Source of the DNA: Basidiobolus meristosporus CBS 931.73
Lineage: Eukaryota; Fungi; Basidiobolomycota
Assembly: GCA_002104905.1 (NCBI GenBank)
Contig: MCFE01000130.1
Location: 62,001 to 126,000, forward strand
Reading direction: 5' to 3'
Length of the DNA: 64,000 nt
The translations under genes and the position numbers were made by a program. Positions 46,605-59,949 of this stretch are shown here, piece after piece (position 1 is the first letter of the stretch; each line of letters begins with the position of its first letter). Below the pieces are notes generated by a model. That model saw only the letters and a list, made by a program, of their open reading frames with translations, had not been told where the DNA came from and searched no databases.

Positions 46605-47160
46605 TGCGAAGTCCCTAGGTGCCTCCAATTTCCCCTGTTTGATTTTGTTGACCAAAAGCCAAGTTAAAAACCCGTCTTTACATATCTTCTCAACCAGCCA
46701 TTACCATGTTGTGACAACCTTACTGGCACTGCGGATAATGATACTGTCGCAGTGCCCCTGCACTTGCCGAGGCATACTCCGTTCTCGGGCCGGCTCGAGG
46801 TTCTATATTTTTACGAGCCAAGCCACGGCCGTAGGCAGTGTGGAGCCTGGGGTACCAAATGAGATTCCTTGCCATGATTCCATAGGATCGAAGCCGACCC
46901 GTGCGCTCTGAAAATAAACAATGGTCACTGAATTTATTAGATATCATCGGAGATACTCAGCGTACATGCCATCGATTGAGCTTGTTGGTGTACTTTGCAA
47001 TCTTCCACCAAAGCGGGTAGGACCATGGTTATAGTGGTGTTCAAGGTGGGAACAGACGCATCTTCATGATAAGATTGCGGCAGTATGGGTTCAATAAATT
47101 CCCTGGAAAGGTGCGGAGTGAAAATCAGTTCTTTATTTGACATATTTGAAGAATATACAC

Positions 47161-48405
47161 TTATAATTTATTGCGGGCACCAGTTGGGGCACTGGGGATA
47201 ACAACCACTTTGCCGTAAGTCTTTCTTTCACTTATATCGGTCAATGCACCCTGGACTTTCTCTAGTCCATGGTAGACAGTTTTGTAGACAACCGGCTTCA
47301 GCTTTCTATCGGCAAACAATTTGAATAACGAATCCCAGACTGGTTGGATTTGCTCTGGCTGATACTTTGTATAAGCGCCCCAATGCACACCCATCACTGC
47401 AATGTTCTTCAATAGAATTCGATTCACCGCTACCTTCTCAATCTTGCCAGCAGCAAACCCGACAACCACGATTCTTCCATTCCATGCCACGCATTTCATG
47501 GAAACCTCGATAAGGCCTACTGGATCGAATACAACATTCGCTCCTTTGCCTTTGGTAATCTTCTTGACTGTTTCGGGCCAGTTTTTATCCTCCCGATAGT
47601 TGATGCAGTAATCTGCCCCATTGGCCTTGGCCACCTCCAATTTTTCCGAGGAGCCCGCGGTTGCAATCACTTCGGCACCAAGCGCCTAGCCCAAATTTGG
47701 TTATTCAGCTTTTGTCGGCGTGTTTTGAGTGCGTACTACTATACCTTCGCTATCTGGATAGCTGCCACGCCAACTCCACCAGCACCGGCATGGACCAGGC
47801 AAACCTCATCTAGTGCAAGAAGTTAGGCCCCGTGTTGTGAGGGTCGGCTTCCTAAGAGTGACGAACCTTTTTGGAGATTGGCTCTCAGGACTAGTGCAGC
47901 GTAACTAGTAGGGTAAGTGATGAATAAGCCAGCCGCTTCCTCAAAGCTCATTCCTTCAGGGATCTTGTGAGTGCTTGCAACTGGGGCTACTGCCTTTTCA
48001 GCGTAACAGCCCAAAGTGCTGCCAAATACCCGGTCACCCTTCTTGTATTGAGTTACTGAAGGATGTGCTTCGATAACTACTCCAGCAAACTGAGAGGTGA
48101 ATTAGTAGGGTGCAGTGCCAGGATGTAGTATTCGGGAAACTACCTCACTTCCGGGAACAAAAGGGAAAGGCGGTTTGATCTGGTACTTTCCTTGGACCTA
48201 GTGTTTATAGTGGTAAGTGGGGGAGTCAAAAAGGCTATCTTCAATTGCCGCTTGGTACCATCAAGATATCAAAGAAATTAGCCCCAGCTGCCTTGACCTC
48301 TACAAGCACCTGACCAGCCTTGGGCTTTGGTTCTGGCACATCTTCGAGTACTTGGAGCTGCTCTACAGAATCTAACCATTTATCCTTGACTACAATGGCA
48401 CGCAT
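47161..48405 (-). CDS. NADPH:quinone oxidoreductase (zeta-crystallin/MDR family), multi-exon
   Basis: MRAIVVK, PEPKPKAGQVLVEVKAAGANFFD, GKYQIKPPFPFVPGSE, TYPTSYAAL, VHAGAGGVGVAAIQ, VVFDPVG, GRIVVVGFAAG, YGKVVV. Confidence 0.9.
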
Positions 48406-49544
48406 ACTTGGGATGGGAAACGGTGAAGATGAACAAATGTCCACCCCTCTGCAAATATTTATATATAATCATCATGAGGCTTAGCAATGCACCTTTATAA
48501 CATCACCACTGCAACAATGAATCGATTTCACTGGATGGCACCTACTGGGAATCTTTGGAAAAAAGATGACAAAGGCAAATTCCATGTGTGAATTCACTTA
48601 GTCATGTTGATCATGTGAATTACAAATCAACAATGTGCAATGGCATCCCACCCCATTGTGCTGGCTCATCTATAAGGTAGCACTTCAAGTATGCTATCCT
48701 CGAATAATCGGCTTTTTGAAAGCTCACGATTTTATGGGTTTCTCAGGATGATCCAAGGTCAATGGTGAGTACGACCCTGACTCTCCTCAGATCCGCCACC
48801 AACATGGTGGCGAAATGTTTACAAGGTTCTACCTTTTCAATAACCCTTGAAGGGTATTGTCTTCAATGGTAGTTCCCAAGGGACGCTGCCGGTTGGCGTA
48901 AAGAATCTTGTACTCATAGTCATCATATGTACCAGCTTAATTCTATCCGTTTGATTAGGCCACCACGGCCTAGCTGAATCACTACTTGATATGCCCACTG
49001 TCTTTCTGTGGCTGCGTTTACTGGCATGCCACGGTCCAGGCTCTGGTATGGCGGAAGAGCCAAACTCTAACCAGCTTTGACTCATCAGCAACTGGTAGTA
49101 CCACAGATATTCTATCTACCAAGCAGTCGTCGTGGTGAATAGATTCTTTCGCCATAGAAAGCATACTTGGATGGGAGTTCTGTTGGATGCTACCATTTAT
49201 GGCAGAATGGGTATCTTATCATAGGGATTCTACTGGATATATCAGCGGGTTGGCTGTTTTTGAATCTCAAGACAGCAATAATTAAGGCACCCGTTTTGGC
49301 TACATGATGCTGGATCAATATCCCATTAAGCAAAATACCGCTGTAAATCACTAAATTGACCGTGCTCGTGATGATTCGGTTAGATTGATGCGGCCTTGCC
49401 AACTGTGGTACTCGTTTCGGATCCTCTATATATTGCCATTGTTTCTCGAAAATCCTCCGCTGTTTGAACCAAATTTGTTAGAGTAATCAACAATACCAAC
49501 AATACCCGACGATCAAAACTTGAGAAAGTTACTTAAGAACCGCC

Positions 49545-50483
49545 ATGCATTGGTCCCTTCTGAACACGAAACTGCTATCCATCTCAGATCCACGTAAAAA
49601 GCGACTATCTAAGAAGCAAGCCAGTTCCATAGATCTGGTGAAATCTGAGGCTTTCATGGCGCAATCTACCCCGGTGGGCAACCAACCTACAGTGGTTACC
49701 TCAGCAGCAACCCTTGAGCGGTGGGCTAAGCTGAGGAAGAGCGTTTTAAATGGAGAATTCTCTTCTAAATTCGAGAAGGTTGTGCAAACCATGGAGCCTA
49801 TCTGGAAGGTAATCATGCCTCATGCATTTCATTCGGCTCCCGTGTGCACCATGCTAACTCTTTTGTGTTTACGACCAAAGGCTGAGGGGAAGAACTCCAC
49901 TTCACCGCTCTGTGAAAGTTACTGGCTGGAGGCTATAGATAAGAACCATCGCTGGGGTGGGGTGCTCCATGCTTTCCATAAGGAATGGCTTCGTAGTGAC
50001 ACGGATGACGACTTCTTCACTTGGTTAGACAAAACCAAGGGATACCGTGGGCTACCAGGCCTCTGGGCCCTACGTTTGAAGGGAAAAATCAGCCGTGTAA
50101 GCTTCCTGGAGCCAGAAGAAAGGCTACGTTATCAGGTGGTCTGCGATACGAAAGGAAGGCTGGTTTACAAACACTCTGGGCGTTTGGTGCACCTACCCAA
50201 GCTCTATGTGAAGGGAATGGAGGGGATTTTCGTAGTCGACCGTGAAAATACTTTCTACATGGCGAGAAAATTCCCTGGCTTCTTTCACCACTCTACCTTC
50301 TTAGCTGGAGGGAGAGTGCGAGCGGCTGGGATGGTGGTTGTTACCAAAGGCCATCTGAAATGGATCAGTAGGAGTAGTGGCCACTATAAACCTACCTCGG
50401 AACAATTGCTGCTGGCCGTTGAGCTGTTAAATAATATGGGCTTGAAGGATGAGTTCGAGATTGACCATGAGATAGCGCCTTGA
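49545..50483 (+). CDS. IQM-like protein (plant IQM / fungal 'IQ calmodulin-binding motif' family C-terminal domain)
   Basis: Intronless 312 aa: WLEAIDKNHRWG, FFTWLD, FLEPEERLRY, IFVV, FHHSTFLAGGRVRAAG, SGHYKPT. No clear IQ motif seen. Confidence 0.8.
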   Translation: MHWSLLNTKLLSISDPRKKRLSKKQASSIDLVKSEAFMAQSTPVGNQPTVVTSAATLERWAKLRKSVLNGEFSSKFEKVVQTMEPIWKVIMPHAFHSAPVCTMLTLLCLRPKAEGKNSTSPLCESYWLEAIDKNHRWGGVLHAFHKEWLRSDTDDDFFTWLDKTKGYRGLPGLWALRLKGKISRVSFLEPEERLRYQVVCDTKGRLVYKHSGRLVHLPKLYVKGMEGIFVVDRENTFYMARKFPGFFHHSTFLAGGRVRAAGMVVVTKGHLKWISRSSGHYKPTSEQLLLAVELLNNMGLKDEFEIDHEIAP

Positions 50484-51136
50484 TGTGTGTGGGCTTTTAT
50501 GCATCGACTCGCTTGACCCATTCTGTACATATGCTCATATTTTCCGCATTGCTGCGAAATGCTTAGTGTCTCTTTAGCCGTTCGAGAGATAACCTCGTTA
50601 TGGGAAGCAGATACAACGTAAATTGCACCCAGTTTTATGTAAAAATTCCATTGTTCAATACTCAAACCCATCCGACTTAACACTTTTTAAAGCTTGTGAT
50701 TATTAATAGCCGACAGAGGTGAGAGTATCCTAACGTAAATAAAATCTCGCCCCCCCTATAAACCTTGCTTTGAAGTTGAATCAACCCGGATTCCTGCTGC
50801 TCACACTCCATGCTTTCGTTGAGCTCGGTGTACATCAGGGTCAGTGAAATCCCGATAGTATACGTCTAAAATGGAAATAATGAATTCCCGAGGGGTCAGA
50901 TAGTGGCGGGTATCACGTGAGGCAGGAGTGGTGTTTGAATTATACGAAAGAGTTGTTTTGATTTAGTGAGAGATGTTTATTTCTGTGGAGTAACCAATGA
51001 AGTGGCATCTCTCAAATCTCTTGTAGCGACAACATTGAAAAGTAGATTTTGAAGGCAAGCAAAGGACGGATCGAACTTTATATCTCTCCAATCCATTCAC
51101 TCCACCACATACCCGAAAAGATACTTTTATTCACTT

Positions 51137-52777
51137 ATGTCGTGGGAGGAGCTTATACAACAAGTGGTCGAAACTTCCGACGAGATCAACACGTTGGATT
51201 TTCGAACAAGTGCCACCGCCATCCGTCGCCAGTTCGAGAACAACGTATCCGTAGGAAATTTCAAACTACGTGATGCCACTCCACAAGAATGCAAACTGTT
51301 CTCTTCCCAAGCTGCTGACCAGAGCGTTGAAAGGTATTATTCTTGACCCTGTACCGCTTTCACCTCTGGCTTCTCCTCACCCTTACCCTGTTGGATAGAG
51401 TCATCGAGGAGAACTTACGCGCGATAGAAGAGAATTTTGACAACGTGCCAATCTTATTTGAGAGTGCCAAAAATATTTTACAATATTGGTACGTAGGTGA
51501 AGCTTTGGTATTTCCGAAGGGAAAACTCATTCTTGATGGTCACCTTTAGTGAGGAGGGCGAGAACAACAAGTTACTGGAGGCTCTCGTTGAAAAGCACGA
51601 ATCGCTACTTACGAATATCCAAGACACTCAGGTGATATTGTCCAAGGTACAAGCGAAATTCCCCAATCTCCATTTTCGGTATCTTTCCTGATCCACTTGC
51701 CTAGACTCAAGCAGAGAGTGATGCTTGTAGCGAAGAGACCAATTCCAGTGGCCCCGACATAGCGGCTCTGAAACGACAAGTTGAGCAGGAGCAGCAGGAT
51801 CTAGATAGCCTAAATCAAATCCTGGTCAACTATGAGGAGCAGAAGTTGAGCTTGGACGGATCTATTGAGGAGAAAAAGAAAGCCAGCAACACAATGAAGC
51901 AACTGGCCAAAGACCTCGAGGAGCTAACCATCGAAGAAAACAATGACCTGGAGCTTATCGAACGGTTGAAATTAGAACTACAACAAAAACAGCAACAGTT
52001 AGAGCAATTAGGTATGCCTGAGCATTTACATTGCGTCATTGAGTAATGTACTAATACGAGCTTTGCTGGTAAAGAAGAGGAAGAGGAAGCCATGAAGTCC
52101 AACAAGACCTCAAAGCGATCTGTGCTTGGCGACATGCTTGAGACCCAGTTTGATGAGCTTCAAAAAATGGTGAAAGCCTCCATGGTAATGATTCGTCCTT
52201 AGGCGAACATTGATTCAACGTCCATCCGTGTCTAAGCACCATTAATTATATAGTCATCCAACGGCGGCGAAAACGTTGAAGCTTCTATGGTAGTCACCTT
52301 GAAACAGCTTCCATATTTATGGCCTTAACTAATCGAGCATGACATGTAGGGCGAGACCTTGGAGACTTTGACCGGTCTAATCGGCCAGTGCGAAAATGCT
52401 GAAATCAACAAAATGACCGCTGATGTGCTCAAGTAAGTGTTTTGGCGAGAAACATTCGTCCGTCAAGGCGACTAAGAACTCACATGGCACTTAGCGATAT
52501 ACAGGACAAGCTGATCTTCTTGATGGCCAATTTCCAGCCACAGGATCAGGAGCTGATTTGCTCGATGCCAGCAACGGCCCAGACCCAAACTGCTGCCAAA
52601 GTGCTGCGGACGATCAAAGAAAATCGTGGAGAGATTTCGGTTAACCTTCTCAAGGAGCAGGTTGCTGCTGAGGGGATTCCACAAGGCCAAGTACTGCAAT
52701 GTATCTACATGTTGGTGGCGAATTCCTTAATCGAAATTGACCGAACCAAGAAAGAGAATCCAGTACGATTGAGATAA
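51137..52777 (+). CDS. Multi-exon coiled-coil protein with a putative C-terminal winged-helix domain
   Basis: Consecutive exons with consensus splice sites (MSWEELIQQVV.., heptad-rich QVEQEQQDLDSLNQIL..LELQQKQQQLEQL, AAKVLRTIKENRGEISVNLLKEQV..IYMLVANSLIEIDR*). Family not recognised. Confidence 0.7.
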
Positions 52778-53930
52778 CTTACCCGCCGATTATGGCTTAA
52801 ACCTGAGCAAATGTGGCGTTTCTTATAGAGCCGCCCGCGACTCCAATCTGTTTCCTTCCCCGATCATTCTTCTCATTCGGTTGCTGAATTGGTTGTACAT
52901 TTACGTTGGTCATCCGAAACAATTGAGAATAGTGTACAAACTGATCATTTTATTAATAAACGTGCGAACGAAGCCCGTCCGCCCAGTGAACGGCGTTTCG
53001 CTGAGCAAACCTTGAACCGTACATGCTATACAATCTAGTGTTTAAGCTTAAATGGATTCTCCCGAGGAAATTTGCCCGACTACATCAGTGGAGCATGGGG
53101 GATATAGCATCTAATGACACCGGCTCCCTCCGCTGCTACTGACAATGCCCGTACATTGGCTCTGAATGTCATGGAGGTACCACACTGCCACTTACGCCCT
53201 CGCTTCTATTGCTTTTGAGTTCATCTATTGTTCAGCGGTCGAAGTGACCGCAGCTTGGGGCTTCAGGAGTACAAAAGTTTGGAGGATGAACAGAGGACGA
53301 ATACCATACACTGTGCAATGGGATGCAACAAGCCTTTTACAGCCAACACATGCAACGACACCTAAACCAGGCTAACTGGTGATTAGTTGTTTCGAAGGCG
53401 AGGGGGGGGGGTCCGGGAATCTGCTCAATGTGGAATCTATCTAGATATTTCCATTTTAACACGAGTTTATAAGCAGCCATACAGAAAGGAGGAGTGCAGT
53501 GGAACATGAATCCATTGGGTAAGACTATTCGCAAGACCAGCTAAGCCACAAGTCCCACTACTATAGTATCTCTTGGCTAAAACCCCGTCCGCACCCCAAA
53601 TGCGTACCTGCCTATTCCGACCTAATTAAAAGTCCCAGTTCACTGGTAGATAATCAACGCAATAATTTATTGTCCCCGAACACCCTCGGAACAAGTGAAT
53701 CATGAGGCACCCAAGGCCCAAGACTCGGACGGGGACGGGGAATAGCAACCAAGGGTGGCCATTTACAACGATGAAGATAAGTCCAAACAACTATGATTCT
53801 TTAAATTCAATATCAAACAGCTAGCATAGTGCGCACATATACTTTCAACCGAATCGAAAAGCATGGTGGGGTGCTTCAGATAGGCATACAGCGCGAGTCG
53901 GGCCTCCGGTAATTCTATCCGGCCAGATAT

Positions 53931-54930
53931 TCAGATATCCATGTGCATCATTACCATGTCCTCATATGCGTACGGTGATCTAGCAATGGGCCAAACGACG
54001 AGTCAGCGTTGAGTGATGGCTGCAAATCGTGGCATGTTCATACCTCTTATCATTCTCAAGCTCACTGAGCTCGGATTCGCTTTCGATCATCGACGCAAGT
54101 TGCGATCTAGACAGTCAACATGGTTGATCAGAACCTCGCTGATGAAATGTAGCGCGTAAATGTTACCGTTGCCCGCTGAAGCTGATGAACAGGATTCGTT
54201 TCAGTTTGCGGTTGTAGAGGAAATAGTTGAAGGACCATCTGTTCCACAAAACCGAGTTAGCTTGAAGTCAGCCACTTGAGGGTGGTCCGGACTTACATCG
54301 ATCCTTCTTCAGCGTATGGATCCGAATCAACATCAGGGTCATAGCTGTATACCTCACAGTCAGCCACAACAATAGCCTCATCAACAGCGTCCCAGAACCG
54401 TAATTGGTGAACAAGATTGATGCGGCCCATGTTTAGCAACGTGGTGTTGATGTAGCTAATCACGTAGAGCGGGGAGGCGAGTTTGCAAAATTGCTCTGAT
54501 CGTAAATTGCTTGACAAGTAGGATTCAGTAATCATGACCTAGGTCGCAGTACATTCCAGCATGTCTACCTGAAGTCGTAGTCAGGAAAAGAGGCATTCAG
54601 TATAGATATCAGATAGAACAAGGCTTTGCGTGAGGATGGCTGGTCCAAGGGGCCAAAGGGTGACACAATCAGATGAAGATTCTCGTCCGGAGATAAGCTA
54701 TAGGAAGAAAGATCCTCTTGATATCTGGACTCCAGTTGCTTGTATAGTTTCTTGTCCGAGCCCGCGCTTTTACCTGTTGAAGAGGGTTAACATGTTTGTT
54801 GGTCGGGGTCGGAAAGAGATTGATACGTACAAGAATACGCTTCGACTCGGCCCACAATTTGGCCGTCAACCGTATCAAACGCGAGATGCTTATTAAGGAT
54901 ATCCAGTGAGGGGAATTCTAGGAACTTCAT
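53931..54930 (-). CDS. MAF1: RNA polymerase III repressor Maf1, multi-exon
   Basis: [99 protein letters not shown], acidic tail ending MDI*. Confidence 0.95.
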
Positions 54931-57339
54931 GGTGTGAGCAGTTCAGGGGTGAGTGGTGGGTGGTGACAACAGAGTCTGAAAAAGCAGTCAGTTAAGGGTG
55001 GAGAATGACAGTCCAACACCGATGGATCTTGGAGTACTCTAGAGCTAATGGAGCATGCCTATCTTCATTTAAGAGACTGTCCATTCTTTATATAGGGGAG
55101 CTTATAATTGGCAATACAGATCCACGGAGATTCGTAGGGATACGAAATTTGACAAGCAGCGAGGAAGCCACTGATGATTGCCCGCCATGATTGGACTGTC
55201 CTCTAGGCCAATCAGGTGCCGTTTCAGCAGCATGGTGTAATATCTTGTGTCACAAAAGAGAAGTGGTTTATTGCCAAACCGGTTTTTTGAATCATCCAAG
55301 ACCCAAAGGGAGGACCATTTAACGTTTGAAGGTGGAGTCTAGTGATTCCATTGGCAAGTACACGGAGAGCCTACTTAAGCCCGGAAGATGTAATATGTTC
55401 TCAGAAACTGAGCAGGAGGTAGCGACATGAGGTACCCGAATGCAGGCTGTGCTTTAGCAGCGCTCCAATCAAACGCAAGCAAATCTAGTTCCCCAATGGC
55501 ACCAAATTGCCAACCAATTTCAAGCAACGATAGGCTAGACATAGAACTAGATGCGCTGCTAGTGCTGATTATATAAGACCGATGAAATCACGTATTGCCG
55601 AAGCAGGCAGATGTATTACCTAACGCCATCCGGCTACCTGTGTGGGCAGCAGTGGGTGAAGCACACCATCGCACGCTAAAACACCCTAGCAATCCCGAAT
55701 CCGCTTCATGCATATTCTGAACCGTCCAAAGTTGCATGCAGAGTCAGTTAAGCATGTTCCTGAACCAGCAAGTGAACTTCGTGCCAGAATGCCGCCAATG
55801 ACTGGTTTTCAAGCGGCATTTCCAAGTTCAGCGATCTTGCCCTGATTAGATCTATCTCCAGCACACCCACTGGATGATTATTACGAGGCAGATCTTCCAC
55901 CATCTACGTCACCGTCAGAGCTTTAATTCACCAATCCCTGACGATACCCAAGGCAGACGGATAGGCTTGCTCTTGCTTGAAAGGCTGCATGAAGGGTGCA
56001 TTTGAAAGAATGCACGCACGGCAGAAAGTCGTTGTAGGGCCAAAGGATGGCCCCAAAACTAACATCGTCGCTCGTTGCTACCGGTATTCACTCGATCTTC
56101 ACTTGAATCCAGCAAGTCGCAACTCTCCTATGATCCATCAAAATACATGTGTAGAACTTGTGCTTAAACATTCTGATATTTCTGACTCATCCCTGTTGCG
56201 TACAACTCGCTACTTTATTCAAGAAGTGACCACACAACAATGATGAGGTGTTGCCATGAGCTACAAAGTGACGGTCATGCCACTGAACCATCGGTTGCCG
56301 TCGTTGTAGAGGTTTAGTTAAACTTCGCCTGTACCCGATGCAGGTATCCTTATTGGCGGCGTGCTATTGGGGCTGCTTTTCGCATGATTACCTAGGAAGA
56401 GGCTAGGTCAAGAGATTCTCGCCAACTTTTCTACGTTGCATCACACAGTCAATATATTAAAAGGTTATGCTACAGCTAGTCCATTCTACCTTAATCATTG
56501 CTTAGAATGTGAGGAGCTTCTAGAAGAGAAAGCCTACCTAATCATGGTTCTGCCTTCATGACGAAATACTGCATGTCTGGTTTAGTCACAGAAACAGTAT
56601 CAATGATATATCCAGTTGTTTCAATACGTTATGTTGTTTTGAATGAATCTGGATTTTCCCTCTCATAGCATATACGCTCACCGATCCTGATCATCTATAC
56701 ACCAGAACAGAATCTAATGTTTATGGATATGCCTACAGACTAGGATCCTCCTACCGTCTGTAAGGAACCTTTCGCACCTTGGAAAATGATAGAAATACAA
56801 ACACGCGGTGTAACCTGTTTAGCCTTTTACAAGGAGGTACCGGTCCCGATTTGCCAAGTGGCTAAGGTTCCTTGCAATCAGTCTTGTGAAAGATTGGATT
56901 CTGAATACAATCTTGAGAACACCATTTTAAAATAGAAGTTGCAAGCTCAGCCAAATCTTTAAACGCCTCAGTTTTCTGGCCAGTTTCAAAGATTTCTTGT
57001 TTGCCTGCCAAATAATCTAGGCCGCTATTGTTAAAGAAATGGCCGATTTCTGGCTATTGGTAAGGTGTATCGTATCGTATTATATATTTTTACAGCAGCA
57101 ACATGTTCCATTGCAAATACTGGTCATATACTAGATATTCAGCTTGATGTGCAGTGGAAAATAACTTCGTGTGAAAATGTTATCAGAATATTCAGTTCAG
57201 TGAAAGTGATCAACTTCAGAATTAGTATGATAACTTGTGCAAATATGTTGCACATATTCAATCCTTAATCAGAAACAAATCGCGTTATAAGCAATTTATA
57301 TTTATTCTGATGTGTAGTTCTCATTGGTTAGTACTACAT

Positions 57340-58522
57340 CTGAGAGTCCTTGTTTGTGGTCATATTTAGTGCAGATACAAATAGTCAATTTTCACTTGTT
57401 GCAGCATTTCCATATTCAGGCCTTTTTTGCTGGTTATCACTCTTTTGAGCAACTGGTCTGATGTGTGTTTTTTCCTTTTGCAGTAGTTGCAAAACAGGTT
57501 GCTGTTGCCTTTAAAGGGTCCTGGGTATCTCCTTTGTTTGTCATCATTGCTTATTAAAGCATTTTTTTCTTCATTCATATTGGCACTTGATTTTCTTAAT
57601 TCTTCACCCAGGGGCCTTCCATATACATAATTTAAGGTCAAATCTTGAGTTTTGGACTCTAGGGCTGATACAAGGCCCTGAAATTTGCCTGTCAGGCTAA
57701 TCAGGATGGCAACTATCACCTCTTCATTAGTAGTTGGTATGCCTACAGATTCCATTTCATCCACCAATGAGGTGATTCTGTTATTTAGATTTTCATTTCT
57801 TCTCCTGGCAGAGCCCAGTTTTCTTCAAAGATACATATTCTTAGCAGCTGAACATGACTGGTAGGTGTCTTCTAATGCATTCCAGGCATTCTCAGCTGTT
57901 TTTGCTCTTGATCATTGAGTTTCCAATTTGTCTTTAACATTAGGGCAAATGCAGTTAAAGACACTTAGTTCTCTCTTTGAGTACCTTAAGGCTTGCTCTC
58001 CTACATTTTTAGAAGGGCTTTCTTCTCCCATAACAATATTCCAAATGCCTCTTTCTTGTAGCAGCTTCTTCATTGTCACTTTCAAGACTTGGTGGTTAGA
58101 TCCATCCAACTTCTCAGCAGAGGGAAAAATCCCAATCATAGGAGGAGTAGATATTGCAGAGAGTGACAGCATAGGGCTCATAGCCTGTTGTAAAAGTCTT
58201 AGAGATTTTGAAAGTGACTGGGAGAACAAAGAGATTGTGTGGTATTCACTAAATGATTTATTGATTGTAAAAGTAGTATTTATACTTTTTCATTACAAAC
58301 ATGTAGAATATATTTAGGAATGTTCCATGAGGTTGTGTGCAGAGTTTGGGGCTGTTGGATAACTTTGAGAATTTTCATGATCTGGGTGCCTGATTTTTTG
58401 GTGAAAATATTCATGTTAAATCCCAACAAGGGATTAGGTCAGTATGCACCAAGACTTGTAGGTAATGATCTAAGTTACTAAGTTAGGTGAATATTTAGAT
58501 GGAAATATAAGCTTTTACAATA
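57340..58522 (-). mobile_element. Truncated Copia A copy (5' LTR 58186-58522 + PBS + gag with knuckle)
   Basis: MSPMLSLSAIST..EKLDGSNHQV, LRKSSANMNEEKNALISNDD..FCNYCKRKKH. LTR homologous to 28036-28385 with a small deletion. Confidence 0.9.
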
Positions 58523-58569
58523 AACTTTATATTGCAACAATACATAAGTGGCTTTTGCTTGGTACTTTA

Positions 58570-59295
58570 CCAATTCTCTCACTCTCTGATCCCAGACACC
58601 CAATCACCTCCTACACCTGCATACATTAATTGGCTAATGCCTTGTTTTTACACACCATATTTCCTTACTCAAAGAATACTCTTACTTTCTGAGCAAACAA
58701 ATTGATTTATTTCTAACCAGTATTGAGTTATAATTAATTGCCAATTGTTCCAACCTGTACAAGTTCCTATTCTCAACACTAACATTAAGCCCAAACTCAC
58801 ACTCAACAAGTCACTCCATTGAAATTTACCATGCAATGAATAGCGCTGCCAAGACACCCTTTTAACATGACTTTGGCAGAAACCCTACAGTTTTATGCCA
58901 TTGTTCATTCATTGGTTCCCATACACCCTGGTCTTCAGCTGGCACAGAAAGGTCTAGCACCTCATCTGCCAGTCATTGCAAAAGATATTTGCAGTATTCA
59001 GGTGCATTTTCTTGACAACTGCTCTTGAAGAAGTGCTGCAACCATTAGCTGCACCTGCTATTGCCCTAAAATTCAACTGTAGGCATTGTGATAGTCTCCT
59101 GAGTTCTTAAAGTTGCTGCTTTGTCTATGAGCAGGATCTCTACTCTGTCTATAATGGAGCTTGTAGAGGCTGTGGTAGACAAATTGGCTTTCTCTGCAAG
59201 CTCATCTACCTCACTGAAGTGTAGCTCAATTGATTGCACTTCTAACTCTTGAGAAAACAGCTTTTGTCAGAACTGCAATTCTTGATGGCTATTTA
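58570..59295 (-). repeat. Diverged direct copy of 60715-61440
   Basis: Long shared blocks, e.g. GGTCTAGCACCTCATCTGCCA, CTGCTCTTGAAGAAGTGCTGCAAC, GAGGCTGTGGTAGACAAATT, CACTAACATTAAGCCCAA. Roughly 75% by eye. Confidence 0.8.
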
Positions 59296-59949
59296 GAATT
59301 CCACCTGACTGGGCATGTGGTGTAAATTGGTGAGAACTGCAACTTTTTTCTCATCTTTCCCTGCTTCAGGCTTGAGTTGACTTTTCCCCTTAACCTTTCT
59401 TTTATCACTACCATTATGAGAAATCTCAAACTTGGAATTCATCTGATTTTCAGCTGGTATTCTAATAGTATTTTGCTGGTATTCAGCTAGTGTTTTTGGT
59501 TCAAAATATCTAATGCAATTTTTGATGGAAGTAATGGGCAGCAGTCCACATAGTTTGAATAAAAAAAACTGTGGCCTCCTGTGTACCAACCCCTACAAAT
59601 GCACACACCTGCCACAATTAACATACTTCTAGCACCTCAACTTTGCGGCTTTTTAGTGTGATACTTGCAAAGGTGCCATATACCTTGTACTACTGGTAAC
59701 ATATACATCCTGCAAACATATGCTTGGTTGTCACCACTTCTGCCATGAATACCTCCAGAATATCTGCAAAGAACTTGGTATTTAGCCAATATATTCCTTC
59801 TCCCTGCTGGATTCTAGTCCCCTTTATAGGTACACTCTGACTCTTGTTTGTGTGAACTCAGTATTGAATGGTGTAGAAGTTGGCTTGTGACCAAGAGAAA
59901 TCTGTCATACCCTGATAGAGTTTTCCTAATAAAAATTAGTTGCTTGCTG

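Noticed and set aside
55300-56900. CpG-containing interval upstream of MAF1 with short ORFs
   Set aside because: No frame longer than ~90 codons with recognisable content on either strand in what I translated.
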